The position numbers were made by a program, and so were the translations under genes. 64,000 nucleotides of DNA from Octopus vulgaris (lineage: Eukaryota), in contig OX597819.1 of assembly GCA_951406725.2 (NCBI GenBank), positions 97,836,001 through 97,900,000 of the forward strand, in the 5' to 3' direction. Shown piece by piece: positions 1 through 15,228 of this stretch; position 1 is the stretch's first letter; each line of letters begins with the position of its first letter. The notes below the pieces were generated by a model that did no database searches, was not told where the DNA came from, and was given only the letters and a program-made list of their open reading frames with translations.

Positions 1-26
1 TTTATTCTTTTACTCTTTTATATGTT

Positions 27-419
27 TCAAACATGAGGCTGCGGCCATGCTGGGGTACCGCCATTGTAATCACCTTTTAATTGGCTAATTCTATGGGATT
101 TTTGGTGAAGGAGCGAGTTCGATACCACTGCCTTCTTTTGAGTTTCCTGCCTCGATATTGGTTCATCTGGGATCTTGGGTAACAAAAGCTCAAGTTCTTT
201 CTTGGAAATATCTACTACCTCTCCATGGAGATCCCTCAGATGTTTTGGCAAAGAGTTAAATAGCTGTGGGCCCTTGAATCCCAGGTTGTTGCAGTACATG
301 GTCCTAGCCTTAGATGAGACAGCTGAGACTCTTGGAATAGTGCAGTGACGTCCATTTCGAGTTCTGGTATAACCTTCAATTCCAAAGTTTGGTGCCAACC
401 CCTCCAGTGTCTTCCACAT
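27..419 (-). mobile_element. CR1/L2-group LINE 3' fragment (RT C-terminal region)
   Basis: Translation contains GPQLFNSLPKHLRDL...LLPKIPDEP, typical of the ORF2 C-terminus of CR1-group LINEs. A related copy lies at 58.5-59.3 kb. Confidence 0.7.
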
Positions 420-439
420 ATATATTGCTGGCGTTAGCT

Positions 440-630
440 CCTACACGCATTTTTTTCTCTCCTTGTTTCTCTCCTTGTTTTTTTTTTTGTGCATCTTTCT
501 GTCGAAGAGCGTAGGCTCGAAACGTAAAAAACTTTTTCTATTTCTATTCCTGAGCGCTATACTAATACTTTTGTTTGTTTGTACTCCACCTGCCTTCGTA
601 TTTTGTTTATTTTCGTAAACTTTCCCGTTA
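440..630 (+). mobile_element. Penelope-like terminal-repeat fragment with hammerhead-like motif
   Basis: CTGTCGAAGAGCgtagGCTCGAAACGTAA at 499-527. A near-identical copy with the same flanks is at 57340-57495. Confidence 0.55.
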
Positions 631-1106
631 TATATATATAAATGCTATCGTTTCCTTGTTCAGTCTTGAGGCTGCGGCTATGCTGGGCACCGCCTTGAAG
701 TGTATAGAGTAGAAAAATCGATCGCAGTACCTATTTGTTAAGCCTGGTGCTTAGTCTATCGGTCACATTTTCCCGAACCGTTGTCTTACGAGGACTTAAA
801 CAAACCAACACCGGTTTTCAAAGACACGCACATATACCTACAATTATGCATATACATATACATACATATAAACATATATACATACATATATACATACATA
901 TATGCATACATACATGCATACATATAAACATACATACATACATACATACACAAATACATACATACATACATACATACAGATGAGCACATATGTGAAGAAA
1001 CAAGGTGGAAAAAATAATACTCGAATACTAAAGGTAAAGTAACATACTTTTTATTAAAGCTGCAAAATTATCCCAGAACTGTTACAGCTCCGTTGTAGGT
1101 TTGCAG

Positions 1107-1159
<53 letters not shown>

Positions 1160-1161
<2 letters not shown>

Positions 1162-1382
1162 CTTTCTTTACTACCCTCAAGGGGCTACACACAGGGGGGA
1201 CAAATAAGGACAGACAAACGGATTACGTCGACCCCAGTGCGTAACTGGTACTTAATTTATCGACCCCCAAAGGATGAAAGGCAAAGTCGACCTCGGCGGA
1301 ATTTGAACTCAGAACGTAACGGCAGACGAAATACAGCCACGCATTTCGCCCAACGTGCTAACGTTTCTGCCAGCTCGCCGCT
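1160..1382 (-). mobile_element. SINE family B copy (tRNA-derived head; GCCTTTCATCCTTTCGGGGTCGATAAA-type core)
   Basis: Matches many other copies in the window. The minus strand reads GGCGAGCTGGCAGAAACGTTAGC...GAGTTCAAATTCC, with A/B-box-like motifs. Confidence 0.8.
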
Positions 1383-1776
1383 GGTTGGGAAGAAATACGC
1401 TTGGTTGCGAAGAAAACATTTTAGTACACGGCTACACCTGCACAAACCTGAACATATTTGTATGTAATGGGGATGTTTATTGGTAGATGATTGGACAAAA
1501 TGTAACTTTAAATTAATCAGTAAAGCTGGACAGAAAAACGAAAAACATAATTACTGTATTAAAAAGACACCATCCTGGACATTTGTTGACATTGAATAAA
1601 TATATTTAGTAAGACTACAGGGACATAGGGAACTTCTGCAAAGAGAGATCCGTTATAAAATATCGTCTATAAGATTACCGATTGTACCTGTTTCCAATAG
1701 GAAAGAAAGAAAAGCGACCACAAGCACAATGTATTTCCCTATGCCGAACCAGGAATCTCCGTCCGTTATTGGTTTT

Positions 1777-1972
1777 TACAAAGAAGTGCTGAAAAGTTCC
1801 TGGCTTTAAAGATGTCGCGAAAGGCCTAGTTGGTGGCCCAAACTTTCGAGTTCTTTTAAGGGGATTAGAAGAACTGAAGGACCGCTGCAATAAGTGTGTG
1901 AATCTGAGAGGGCAATATGTTGAATAAAATAATAATTAATCCAAAGACAGAATCTTTTCAGACTCCCTTGTA
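1777..1972 (+). mobile_element. Mariner-derived short element
   Basis: Encodes a mariner transposase C-terminus-like GLEELKDRCNKCVNLRGQYVE*, with degenerate TIRs (CTGAAAAGTTCCTG / CAGAATCTTTTCAG). Confidence 0.6.
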
Positions 1973-2092
1973 GGTCCTCGGTTTCATACTGTGGTTTCAT
2001 CAATGTAGATTGAAGTGTTTTCGTTGTTTAGGTAGCGACATGTTTTCCACTCTGGACATACTCTTTGCTAAACCACTCAAAAATATTTCGCT

Positions 2093-2250
2093 GGCTTGCT
2101 TACCGACCACATGGTTCCGAGTTCAGTCCCACTGCGTGACACCTTCAGCAAGTGTCTTCTACTATAGCCTCGGGCCGACCAAAGCCTTATGAGTGGATTT
2201 GGTAGACGGAAACTGAAAGAAGCTCGTCGTATGTGTATGTATGTGTGTGT

Positions 2251-2296
<46 letters not shown>

Positions 2297-2475
2297 ATGT
2301 GTTTGTGTGTTTGTGTTTGTCCTCCCACCATTGTTTGACAACCGATGCTGGTATGTTTACATCCCCGTAGCCTAGCGTTTTGGCAAAAGTGACCGATAGA
2401 AAAAGTGCTAGGCGTACAAATAATAAGTCCTGGAGTCGATTTGGCAGTGCTCCAGCATGGTCGTAGTCAAATTGC
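2093..2475 (+). mobile_element. SINE family A copy
   Basis: tRNA-like head (...GAGTTCAGTCCCACTGCG), internal (TG)n, and a body shared with more than 10 copies in the window. Confidence 0.8.
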
Positions 2476-2822
2476 TGTGTCTATGTATCTATGTATGATT
2501 TGTCTCTCTCACTTTCTCTCTTTCGCTTTCACTACCTTCGTGTCCCTCTTCTCTCCCACTTTTGATTAAACAATGTGTATACGATCTTACTTCTCTTGCG
2601 ATGTGATAAACATTTAAAAGCACAAAACGAACACTGTCACCACTGATGTCACTTTCGCTCTCTCTCTTTCTCTCTCTCACTCTCTCACTCCCTCTCTCTT
2701 TCTCTCTTATTTCTCCTACTCTCTCTCTCTCTCTCTCGCTTTGCCACTCCAAAGAGGTGTGACGCACACAACAGGTACGTACAAAAAGTTAGCGTAATAA
2801 TAATAATAATAATAATAATAAT

Positions 2823-5625
<2,803 letters not shown>

Positions 5626-5689
5626 TGGAAACTGTACCAAAAATGGGGATTTGAAGCTGGAAATACATGGTACAACCATTAAGTCGAAA

Positions 5690-6000
5690 GAGTACTGGAG
5701 TTGGAGAAATGTAAAATTTTGTGGGATTTTCCTATTCAAACAGACAAGTGAGAAAATATCGATTATAGATAAGGAAAAGCGACACATCATGCCTGTTTGA
5801 TTCCAGGGTCGTAAAGAAAGAGGAAGAAAAACAAAAAAAAAACAAACAAACAAACAAACAAACAAAAATACCATCCCTTAAAATTTGAAATAGGAAGAAT
5901 TTGGAGCATGAAAACAGTAAAGGCCGTGTCTATAAGATATGGACAAATGGCTGAAGGAGATTGAAATAGAATGCCCGGTGGAGCTCCTACATAAAATTCA
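5690..6000 (+). mobile_element. Degenerate RLE-LINE 3' remnant
   Basis: KILWDFPIQTDK-like and DKWLKEIE-like fragments, similar to the endonuclease region of the R4-like element. Confidence 0.5.
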
Positions 6001-6039
6001 TAAAATACACTCTACAACAATCACCAAATATATTTCCTG

Positions 6040-6045
6040 TTTATT
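6040..6045 (-). terminator. Polyadenylation signal (AATAAA) of the EGF-TM gene
   Basis: AATAAA about 50 nt after the TAG stop on the minus strand, followed by a GT-rich stretch (TTGGTGATTGTTGTAGAGTGT). Confidence 0.55.
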
Positions 6046-6096
6046 TAGCAACAATGCCAACATATAATAATGGTCCATCTTTACTTTTCAGGGTCT

Positions 6097-6302
6097 CTAT
6101 GAACCCCTGGTCTTCTTTCCGGGTACTGATGTCTGGCTAACGTTGTTCACAGAGGATTCCATGGATGATTGACTTTCAGATTTGCATCCTTCCTCACGGG
6201 GCTTGCATTTTTGTTCATCACAAGACGTCACCGACCGAATATTTGACATACTAGCTCTCAAAGTGTCATTAATTAATAGTTCTTTGATTCTCCAGTCATC
6301 CT
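6097..6302 (-). CDS. Terminal coding exon of EGF-TM gene (Ser-rich cytoplasmic tail)
   Basis: Acceptor ttttttttaattacag|AG, phase 1. Reads (E)DDWRIKELLINDTLRASMSNIRS...KKTRGS*. Non-repetitive; AATAAA downstream. Confidence 0.7.
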
Positions 6303-7385
6303 CTGTAATTAAAAAAAAGTTAAGTCGTACCATTAGCCATTAGCCTTATTGTAATATCCAGTGTCTAAATCGAATTATATCGTGTCTAAATCGAATTATA
6401 TCGGTTACCATTCTGTTTTATGCAGGGTCTCCATATATCTCATGGGACTAAGGTTCAATACATGGAAACTTCTACACGGTATCAATTTTTTAAAGAGCAA
6501 ATTAACAGTTGCCATGTAGGTCTGGCTTCTCAACCCGTTGATATTGGCCATGAGAAAAACATATGTTGGCCAGTGTCGATAGGGTTGTTGTAACTAGAAA
6601 GCAAAACCGGAACAAGTAAAATTAGTATCGATATATTGTTGGTGTGAATTCCGTGGAATATTTCTTTTTCTTTTTTTAGTGCAGAATAAATAGTATTTAT
6701 CTTTTAAAGAATGTAATCTGGGGACTAAATTTACCTGAATTTTTATCAATTAATCTATGTTTACTATTAAGTAATGTTTATTATTTACAATGCCAATAAG
6801 CTTTCCACTGAGGTTCACTTTATCCTTCATCCTTACATGGGCAGTAAAATACATCTACGTAATGGGTTGTTGTCACAAACAATACACTTCACCAATAAAT
6901 TTGTAGTCTGGTGTCTGACTAAAAATATATATTTTTTTTATAAAAGTAAAAAGTAGCGCCTCCAACGGATGATTTTGCATATTTAGACTGCATCGTGTGG
7001 GTGGCATATAATCTATAAAACCAGATGTTTTGCACAAGGTTGCAAATTTGTTAGCTGGTCATATATTTGATACAATGTCGCGCATTATGCACATGATGCT
7101 GACTTGGACACAAAGCGACAAATATAACAATGTTCGATTGACGTATAAGATACATTGATCCTAATATATTTCTGATGTGATACATTCTTAAAGCACTATT
7201 TTTGGTAGACATTGCTTTTCTTAATACAAAATTCTTTAACGGAAAAATAATTATATAAATTCACGACTTCTGAATTACCGAGTCTTTGTTGTATTGGTTC
7301 GCACCATTCTCTCTTTTCTTTTTTTCTGCTGCAAAAAGAAGAAACAGAACAAGATTAATAACAATACTGGGAATTTTGAATAATT

Positions 7386-7510
7386 TCATGAAATAGAAAT
7401 ATCAACTTTTCTAATCTCTCTAAATATAATTTCTTGTATTGGCACACAGAAAGCTGACTTCGGAGGAATTTCTCCATTCCTCGCCATTTTCTTCTCACAT
7501 GTGATATGCA
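7386..7510 (-). CDS. Candidate alternative terminal exon of EGF-TM gene
   Basis: Acceptor atgttttcag|TG, phase 1, open for 40 codons: (V)HITCEKKMARNGEIPPKSAFCVPIQEIIFREIRKVDISIS*. Could be chance. Confidence 0.2.
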
Positions 7511-7914
7511 CTGAAAACATATATCCTTAAATTTCAAGAACTCAGTCCTATAACATTTCAGTAAACCCCAATATATTACTGCTTCAACGTAATAGCCAAT
7601 GCAGGAATGAAGTTGCATGGAGTTTAAATTGCCTAAAACGAATGTTTAGAGCAGAAAATTTGGACGAATAGAAAAAAAAAACAAAAAAAACCCAAGGATA
7701 TTTGGAAAAAATTAATTTGTCTTGATCTACAGCTATTTCTATGATTTATGTGAAAACATCACCAACTATAATAGTAACTAATTAACTGCAGTTATATTAA
7801 TTTTGTTGATTGTGATAAGCGAGTTATTTCATCAGAAACACATTTTGAAATATGAAAATCAAATCACCGTTGCTGTTATAAATGTAACACAGATTCAGAT
7901 GACAAATGACAAAT

Positions 7915-7976
<62 letters not shown>

Positions 7977-7989
7977 TACATCACATGTT

Positions 7990-8200
7990 CTTTTACTTGT
8001 TTCAGTCATTTGACTGTAGCCATGCTAGAAGCACCCCCTTGAAGGATTTTTAGGCGAACAAATCGAACGCAGGGCTTATTTCTTAAGCTTAGTACTTATT
8101 CTATCGGTCTCTTTTGCTGAACAGCTAAGTTAGGGGGATGTAAACACACCAACACCGGTTGTGAAGTGGTGATGGGGGACAAACACAGACAAAAAGACAC
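7990..8200 (-). mobile_element. SINE family A, 3' part
   Basis: TTACTTGTTTCAGTCATTTGACTG... block shared with other copies. Confidence 0.75.
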
Positions 8201-8224
8201 ACACACATACATACATGCACACGC

Positions 8225-8942
8225 ACACATTCCATACTCCATATATAAATATTCCCAAACCGACTGATCTCAAATTGCATACGATTGTTGCAGGACCAGC
8301 ATCCAGTACCCAAAGATTAAGCAACTTGCTGGATATAATTTTTAAACCTTTGTGCAGATTAATTCCCAGTTTCATCAGAGATGACATGGACTTCTTAAAC
8401 CATATCCCAGAACGTGTAGATAAAGAGATAGTACTAATTAGCTTTGACGTAGCTAGCCTCTACACAAATATTTCCCATATATGTGGACTAGAAGCAGTAG
8501 AATTCTGGATAAACAAACACACCCAAAGAATTCAGGAGATATTCTCAAAAGAATTTGTACTTGAGGGTTTACAGATAGTACTGGAAAACAACTACTTCTT
8601 TGATAATCAATATTATCTACATATACAAGACACTGCGATGGGGACGAAAGTCGCGCCAACATTTGCTACACTAGTAATGGGATACCTAGAAGAAAAAAAT
8701 ATATATCCTATCCAGAACTACTTTTGACCACCACTTCCAAACCTACCTTATAGGAAATGGAAAAAGATTCTTAGATGACTGTTTTATATTTTGGAACCGA
8801 AATAAGGAGGACTTTATAAAATGTCTTAAATTATTAAATAGCATTCATGTTTCAATCCAATTCACTATGGAAATGAATGAAAAGGAACTCTCTATCTTGA
8901 TAATTAAAGAAAATGAAACAGTTACAACTGACCTCTACCACA

Positions 8943-9039
<97 letters not shown>

Positions 9040-9885
9040 GCACACACTAGTATTTATATTTTAGATCTTGCTACTCTTCCCATACAAAAAGAACATACCA
9101 TTTTATATGGCAAGGCGCGCATGCTCAATAGTCACAGATTCTGTTAGACGACAGAAATGACGGGCAGAACTTAATATATTCCTTCAGAAACAAAAATATC
9201 CCAACAAGTTAATTCAACATGCCATAATAAAAGCAAAGGAAATTTCGATTTCTACCTTACGGGGAAATACTCAGGCTAGATATGAAAATAAAAATACAAA
9301 TGCAAAAATTCCGTTTGTAGTCACCCACAATCCTAGAAACTGCAACCTCCCAATTCTGCATCAATCACCAATTCTCCAACGAATAATTAAAAAATCACAA
9401 TTTATCAACAGTCGAAGACAACCACCTAACTTCAAGAGACTCCGAACAAAGGCGAGATTCACATTTGAAAAATAAACGAAACAAGTAACCAACTGTGAGG
9501 ACCCCCGTTGTGGGACATGCGAATAAATTGAGTAAGGGACAACCAAAAGACTCAAGAATGGGAAGGGATTAAAAGTGAATGCAAACATGAAGCGCAAAAC
9601 AAAAAAAAAACAAACTCATCTACTGTATCACATGCCCACAATTCAATGAAAACTACATTGGGGAGACAGGAAGGAAACTGATCAGCCGTGTAAATATGCT
9701 TAAACAACAAATTAGGGATTCATCTCTTAGGAATGTTTCATGCTGTGAACATGTTGATATCTGAGCAAATGGAAAATTTGAAATATTCTCATTTTACAAA
9801 ATAAACGATGAAAATATACAACTACGAAAGGCAAAAGCAGAAAACTTTATAAATATTCTAAATCCGAAATTAAACCGAAAATATC
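8225..9885 (+). mobile_element. Penelope-like element pseudogene (RT + GIY-YIG endonuclease)
   Basis: IVAGPASSTQRLSNLLD, SFDVASLYTNI, TAMGTKVAPTFATLVMGYLEE and a KRFLDDCF-like motif; downstream LIYCITCP..YIGETGRKL (GIY-YIG-like). Many frameshifts and a (CA)n insertion. Confidence 0.85.
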
Positions 9886-10483
9886 CAACACTCCATATAA
9901 TAAACAATGGTAAAAGAATATTTATGACCAAAACCAAAAGACCGAAAATTACCGGAAATAATACTACCACTAAAACAAAAAAAATAACAACTTCTACTTT
10001 AAGAGCACGTGTGTTTGAAAAGTCTTAATGAAAGCGCTCACACACGAGGAAAAAACTTCTTCCCAAAACAGGTTAGTAATATACTTATAAAAGATTGCAT
10101 GATACCTTTTATATATATATACATATATATATACATACACATAAAGTGATTATATATATGTATGTATATATATATGTGAGTGTGTGTGTGTGTATGAGTT
10201 CAGCAAAAATTTAGATTCAGATGAATATAGTACTTAAGTTGAGGCAACAGAATTTAATACGGTATAATCCATACAATTTCAGTGTTTATCCGTCAGTTTT
10301 AACATTACCATCTTGGTCCTTAGTTTAACTATTTAGTATTAGCCATTGAAACTGGCCAGTTTTAACCTAAAACTATTAGAATATTTGTGCGTGATATGGT
10401 TGGTTTAAATACTATATGGTTAAACAACCATGGACTCATCTGTTCACACGCACACACACATATATATACACACATACATATAC

Positions 10484-10765
<282 letters not shown>

Positions 10766-11042
10766 CATTCATAAGCATTCAAAAATTTAAAGAAATAGCA
10801 TAATATCGACCTCTAACGTCTCATAGTAACAAACCTGTAAGAAATTCTGAAGAAATCTAAGAAAATCTTCGATTACCCACAAATTATGACCTGACTGTCA
10901 TCTATCTTTATGTGACATATGAACTTTACAAATCTGGCTTTCAACACGTGGCTAAAGGATTAAACAAGGTGCTGATCAGAATGTTTGTATCTAGGGAAGG
11001 TCATTATGCCAATATCAAACACACCCACTGCTTCCGTTTCAG

Positions 11043-11104
11043 TTCTTAGCCTATTAGTTAAGATTAGCTAATCACTTAGCTAATCTTAACTAATAGGCTA
11101 AGAA
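11043..11104. repeat. Perfect inverted repeat (29-bp arms, 4-nt loop)
   Basis: TTCTTAGCCTATTAGTTAAGATTAGCTAA-tcac-TTAGCTAATCTTAACTAATAGGCTAAGAA. Confidence 0.95.
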
Positions 11105-11250
11105 TTAGCTAATCACTTGATTGAATTATCGTTCAGTCAACCAATCAATCAATTAGGCCTGTCAAGGTCCTTTCGTCACCATCTGCAAGTCATCTCTGAC
11201 ATGCTTTCTCTAGTCCAGATCTGCTTCGAGTCAAAGATAATAAAATCTCC

Positions 11251-11478
11251 TTAACCCTTTAGCATTCAGATTATTCTATCAAATGTAACACTTATCTATT
11301 CATATTGTTTTGAATTAATCCCGCATTATCTCGTATCATCAAGATTTCGATAACATGACTGTATATTTCTAGGATGACATTGTAGGATATGTGTGAGCGG
11401 CTGGAACTGGCCGGTATCAACCTAAAACAATTAGAATATTTGGGCCTGATATGATTGGTTTCAATACTAAATGGTTAA
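11251..11478. mobile_element. piggyBac-like MITE (TTAA-bounded)
   Basis: Begins TTAACCCTTTTAGCATT and ends AATACTAAATGGTTAA. A shorter relative lies at ~10326-10422. Confidence 0.55.
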
Positions 11479-12562
11479 ATAACCAAGGACCAAGATTGTA
11501 ATGTTAAAACTGACGGATAAACACTGTATTAGTGCTGGGAGATATCAGGGAGAACGTGTCTACGATCTAGCTCACGAAACAGCTATTTCATATCAACTAA
11601 TACACCTGTATTGAAGGGAGGTGTATGAAAGACACAACATCAAATTTACGCCCTTAAATCAGTAAGCTTGATAGATATTTCTGAGCTCAAAATTTTGAGT
11701 TGCGGTCTATATATTGCATCGATTAGCTCTATCTCCTTTAGATTAATACATTTTTTGTTTAGATTTGAAGCCTTTAACTGCGAGCCAAACGAAGACGGCT
11801 GCAATATATATTTTATGCACAACACAGACACACAGGCACACATACACAGACAGACAGACAGACACACACACACACACACACACATACACACACACATTCA
11901 CATACAAACACGCACATTGCGTTCAATATTTCTCTTTAAGGAGATTTGACTCCATGAAGTCTCACATATTTAATATAATTAGTTGGATATTTCGATCTAC
12001 TGATGTTATCTAAACAATTATTAGGAAAGAAAAACACTCCCACTAGAAATATTTAAAATAACAACAAACAAGGGATGTACCATCAGTGAGACAACTGCTC
12101 GAAATTCTTGGAGAATATAAACGATGCAGGTTGGAATGGATCTAATTCTTTTTTTGAAAACAAATTGAGCAAATCAGCGGAAGTACTCCGGTCTAATTAG
12201 ATTTCGTTAGTGGCCTAGAATATGCTAGCTTATATTTATGTAAGATCTTTTTATAGGGAATGTGTTTTGCCTGGAACCAAAACGGTAACAAACTAACCCT
12301 GCTCATTGATCGGTTGTTACTTGTTTCGAGTTCAAATTCTGATTACTTCGTGTTTCTCTAGCTTTTGAAAAACTACTGGAACTCCGTTGTACCTGGTCCT
12401 AAGCCTAGTTGCGGAGAAGGGCTGGGCATCAAGAGAGTAAACAATCTTCATTTAAAGGACAGCCCGGGAAGGAGAAAAATTAAGTGTAAGGCAATGCAAA
12501 GAACCAAAAATGTAATAATTGTAATTATAATTACAAACCTGCGTCTAAACTAATTAATATTA

Positions 12563-12770
12563 ACGAGCTGGCAGAATTGCTGGCACGCCAGGCAAAATGC
12601 TTGAAGCCATTTCGTTCGTCATCACGTTCTGGGTTCAAATTCCACCGAGGTTGACTTTACCTTTCATCCTTTCAGAGTGGATAAAATAAGTACCACTTGA
12701 ACAATGGAGCCGATGTAATCAACTTACCCCTCCACCAAGATGCAGGCTTTGTGCCAAAATTTGAAACCAG
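12563..12770 (+). mobile_element. SINE family B copy
   Basis: CGAGCTGGCAGAAT...GGTTCAAATTCC...CTTTCATCCTTTC core. Confidence 0.75.
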
Positions 12771-13039
12771 CATTAACGAAAATTCGTTGTCAGATATAAC
12801 AAGGGAGAAAACTCGGAACTTTGATCAATCAAAGTTAAATAATAAAATGTAGTTTTGGAGATTGTGTCTCGAAGTTTCAATATTACCGGAGTCCGTTTAG
12901 TGAATAGATTTACATTATCACCTATAATCGTGAGATCGATGTAGCTGATGGTCAATCAGCTTCGTCAATATTTATTGTGTACATACATGATGTCTGTGTG
13001 AGCTTATCAACATGTCTAAACCAGATATCTCTTCACTCT

Positions 13040-13378
13040 TTTACTTTTTTCAGTCATTTGACTGTGGCCATGCTGGAGCACCGCCTTTAGTCGAGCAAAT
13101 CGACCTCAGGACTCGTTCTTTGTAAGCCTAGTACTTATTCTATTGGTCTCTTTTGCCGAACCGCTAAGTTACGGGGACGTAAACGTACCAGCATCGGTTG
13201 TCAAGCGATGTTGGGGGGGGGGGACAAACACAGTCACACAAGCATACACACACACACACACACACACATACATATATATATATACATATATACGACGGGC
13301 TTCTTTCAGTTTCCGTCAACCAAATCCACTCACAAGGCTTTGGTCGGCCCGAGGCTATAGTAGAAGATACTTGCCCAG
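13040..13378 (-). mobile_element. SINE family A copy (head truncated)
   Basis: Shared body. Confidence 0.8.
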
Positions 13379-13859
13379 GATATGTGGATATGAATTTGAT
13401 GAGGAAATATAAAAAACTTGGGCTACACATTTTCTGGCGCTAAAGAACAAAACTAGTATTTGACATGTAATTTTGGAATTTGCAGTGACTTCGAAGGTTT
13501 TCCTTTTTGTCATATTTCATGAAAAAAGTGAATGTGGAACAAAGATGATAACAGCAGTAACATGTATAAAGACAAGAATAACAACAACAATAACAACCAC
13601 AATAACAACAGTAATAGTTTCAACAATAAAAACGTGAACAGAATTAACAGCAACAAAATGTCAACAACTCTAACAACAACAACAACTTAAACAATAACAT
13701 CGAGAGCAATAACAACAAAAGCAGGAACAATAAAGCAGTAACAATAGCAATGACTAGAACAAAGATATGTTCAGCAACAAGAATACGGAAACCACAAAGG
13801 AAAGAATAACAGCAAAAAAAAAACCAGCTGTAAAAACAACTGCAAAAATAATGGTTTAA

Positions 13860-14410
13860 CATTTTGGCACAAAGCCAGCAATTTCAGGTGAGGGACTAAG
13901 TCGAATACATTGGGATCCAGCGGTCAATTGATACTTGATGAAAAGCAAAGTCGACTTCGGCGGAATTTGAACTCAGAACGTAGCGGCAGACGAAATACCT
14001 ATTTCTTTACTGCCCACAAAGGGCTAAACACAGAGAAGACAAACAAGGACAGACAAACGGATTAAGTCGATTATATCGACCCCAGTGTATAACTGGTACT
14101 TATTTAATCGACCCCGAAATGATGAAAGGCAAAGTCGACCTCAGCGGAATTTGAACTCAGTACGTAGCGGCAGACGAAATACGGCTACGCATATCACCCG
14201 GTGTGCTAACGTTTCTACCAGCTCGCCGCCTTCACCTATTTCTATTTCTTTACTACCAACAAGGGGTTAAACACAGAGAGGACAAACAAGGACAGACAAA
14301 CGGATTAAGTCGATTTTATAGACTCCAGTGCGTTACTGGTACTTATTTAATCGACCCCGAAAGAATGAAAGGCAAAGTCGACCTCGAAATACCACTAAGC
14401 ATTTTGCCCG
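13860..14410 (-). mobile_element. Tandem SINE family B copies (about 3)
   Basis: Repeated AAGGCAAAGTCGACC..GGAATTTGAACTCAG units. Confidence 0.75.
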
Positions 14411-14778
14411 CCTTCAAAAATGATAACAAAACCACACACACACACACACAAAACAAGACAGGAAACATCCTAATTGAAGAGTGTTTTCGAGATTTTCCTT
14501 CATCGAAGCGATGTTAGTTTGGTATGGAGTGTCTACTTAATATGTGTGACACCCGCAAGCAGAAGTCTAACAAGCAGTCTACAAAGGAGTATTCGTTGTT
14601 AGAAGTGGCAGCAAAGTGCAATCTGATAAAGTCTAAATTTAAAATATTCTGTCTTCTGTCTAAATTAAACATGTTTATGTTTAATCTCCCCGGAAGACCA
14701 CAGCTGTATTGTGTGTAGAATTGCAACGATGCTGCTTGCTTGATCCATATACCCTTGTCTGTGTATCTAGTCCCTTAC

Positions 14779-14801
14779 CGTCGCTATTGTCATGATTAAA
14801 A
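14779..14801 (-). CDS. Candidate 23-nt microexon of EGF-TM gene
   Basis: ctgtaaccag|TTTTAATCATGACAATAGCGACG|gtaagg. It converts phase 2 (TM exon) to phase 1 (terminal exon), giving ..LPC-C-FNHDNSD-E-DDWR.., but implies a 41-nt upstream intron. Confidence 0.5.
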
Positions 14802-14842
14802 CTGGTTACAGAATAATAGAGCAGAAGACAGTCTTTACTTAC

Positions 14843-14978
14843 CAACAAGGCAGTTTTCTTCTGTACAAATATGCTGCAAATATTAAGAACAACAGGAACA
14901 ACACAAAGAGGATAACGAAAGCAATCGCAAGTTTACGCATAGTACCATCATCACATGTGCATGATCCTTCGTGACCAG
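14843..14978 (-). CDS. Transmembrane exon of EGF-TM gene
   Basis: ctattacag|CT...TG|gtaagt, 136 nt. Reads (A)GHEGSCTCDDGTMRK-LAIAFVILFVLFLLFLIFAAYLY-RRKLPC: a hydrophobic helix with a basic stop-transfer. Confidence 0.85.
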
Positions 14979-14986
14979 CTGTAATA

Positions 14987-15059
<73 letters not shown>

Positions 15060-15089
15060 CATAATAATAATAATAATAATTTTTTTTAG

Positions 15090-15228
15090 ACATTCACTAG
15101 TACAACACTAAATACAAAACCAAATATATGGCACACTAGGCATAACTTCCAACCTGTTGTCTCTTGAGGTCTCTGGGTGAGACTTGGAGCCAACTTGTAC
15201 AAATATAAAGCAAAAGTCAAACATAGAA
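15090..15228 (+). mobile_element. Short R4-like 3'-end remnant inside (TAA)n
   Basis: Unique ~140 bp (..GAGGTCTCTGGGTGAGACTTGGAG..) bracketed by (AAT)n tracts, the same context as the 2.8-5.4 kb element. Family assignment is inferred. Confidence 0.4.

Noticed and set aside
13540-13860. Hydrophobic Leu-rich minus-strand ORF resembling a TM segment
   Set aside because: Decayed (AAC)n repeat.
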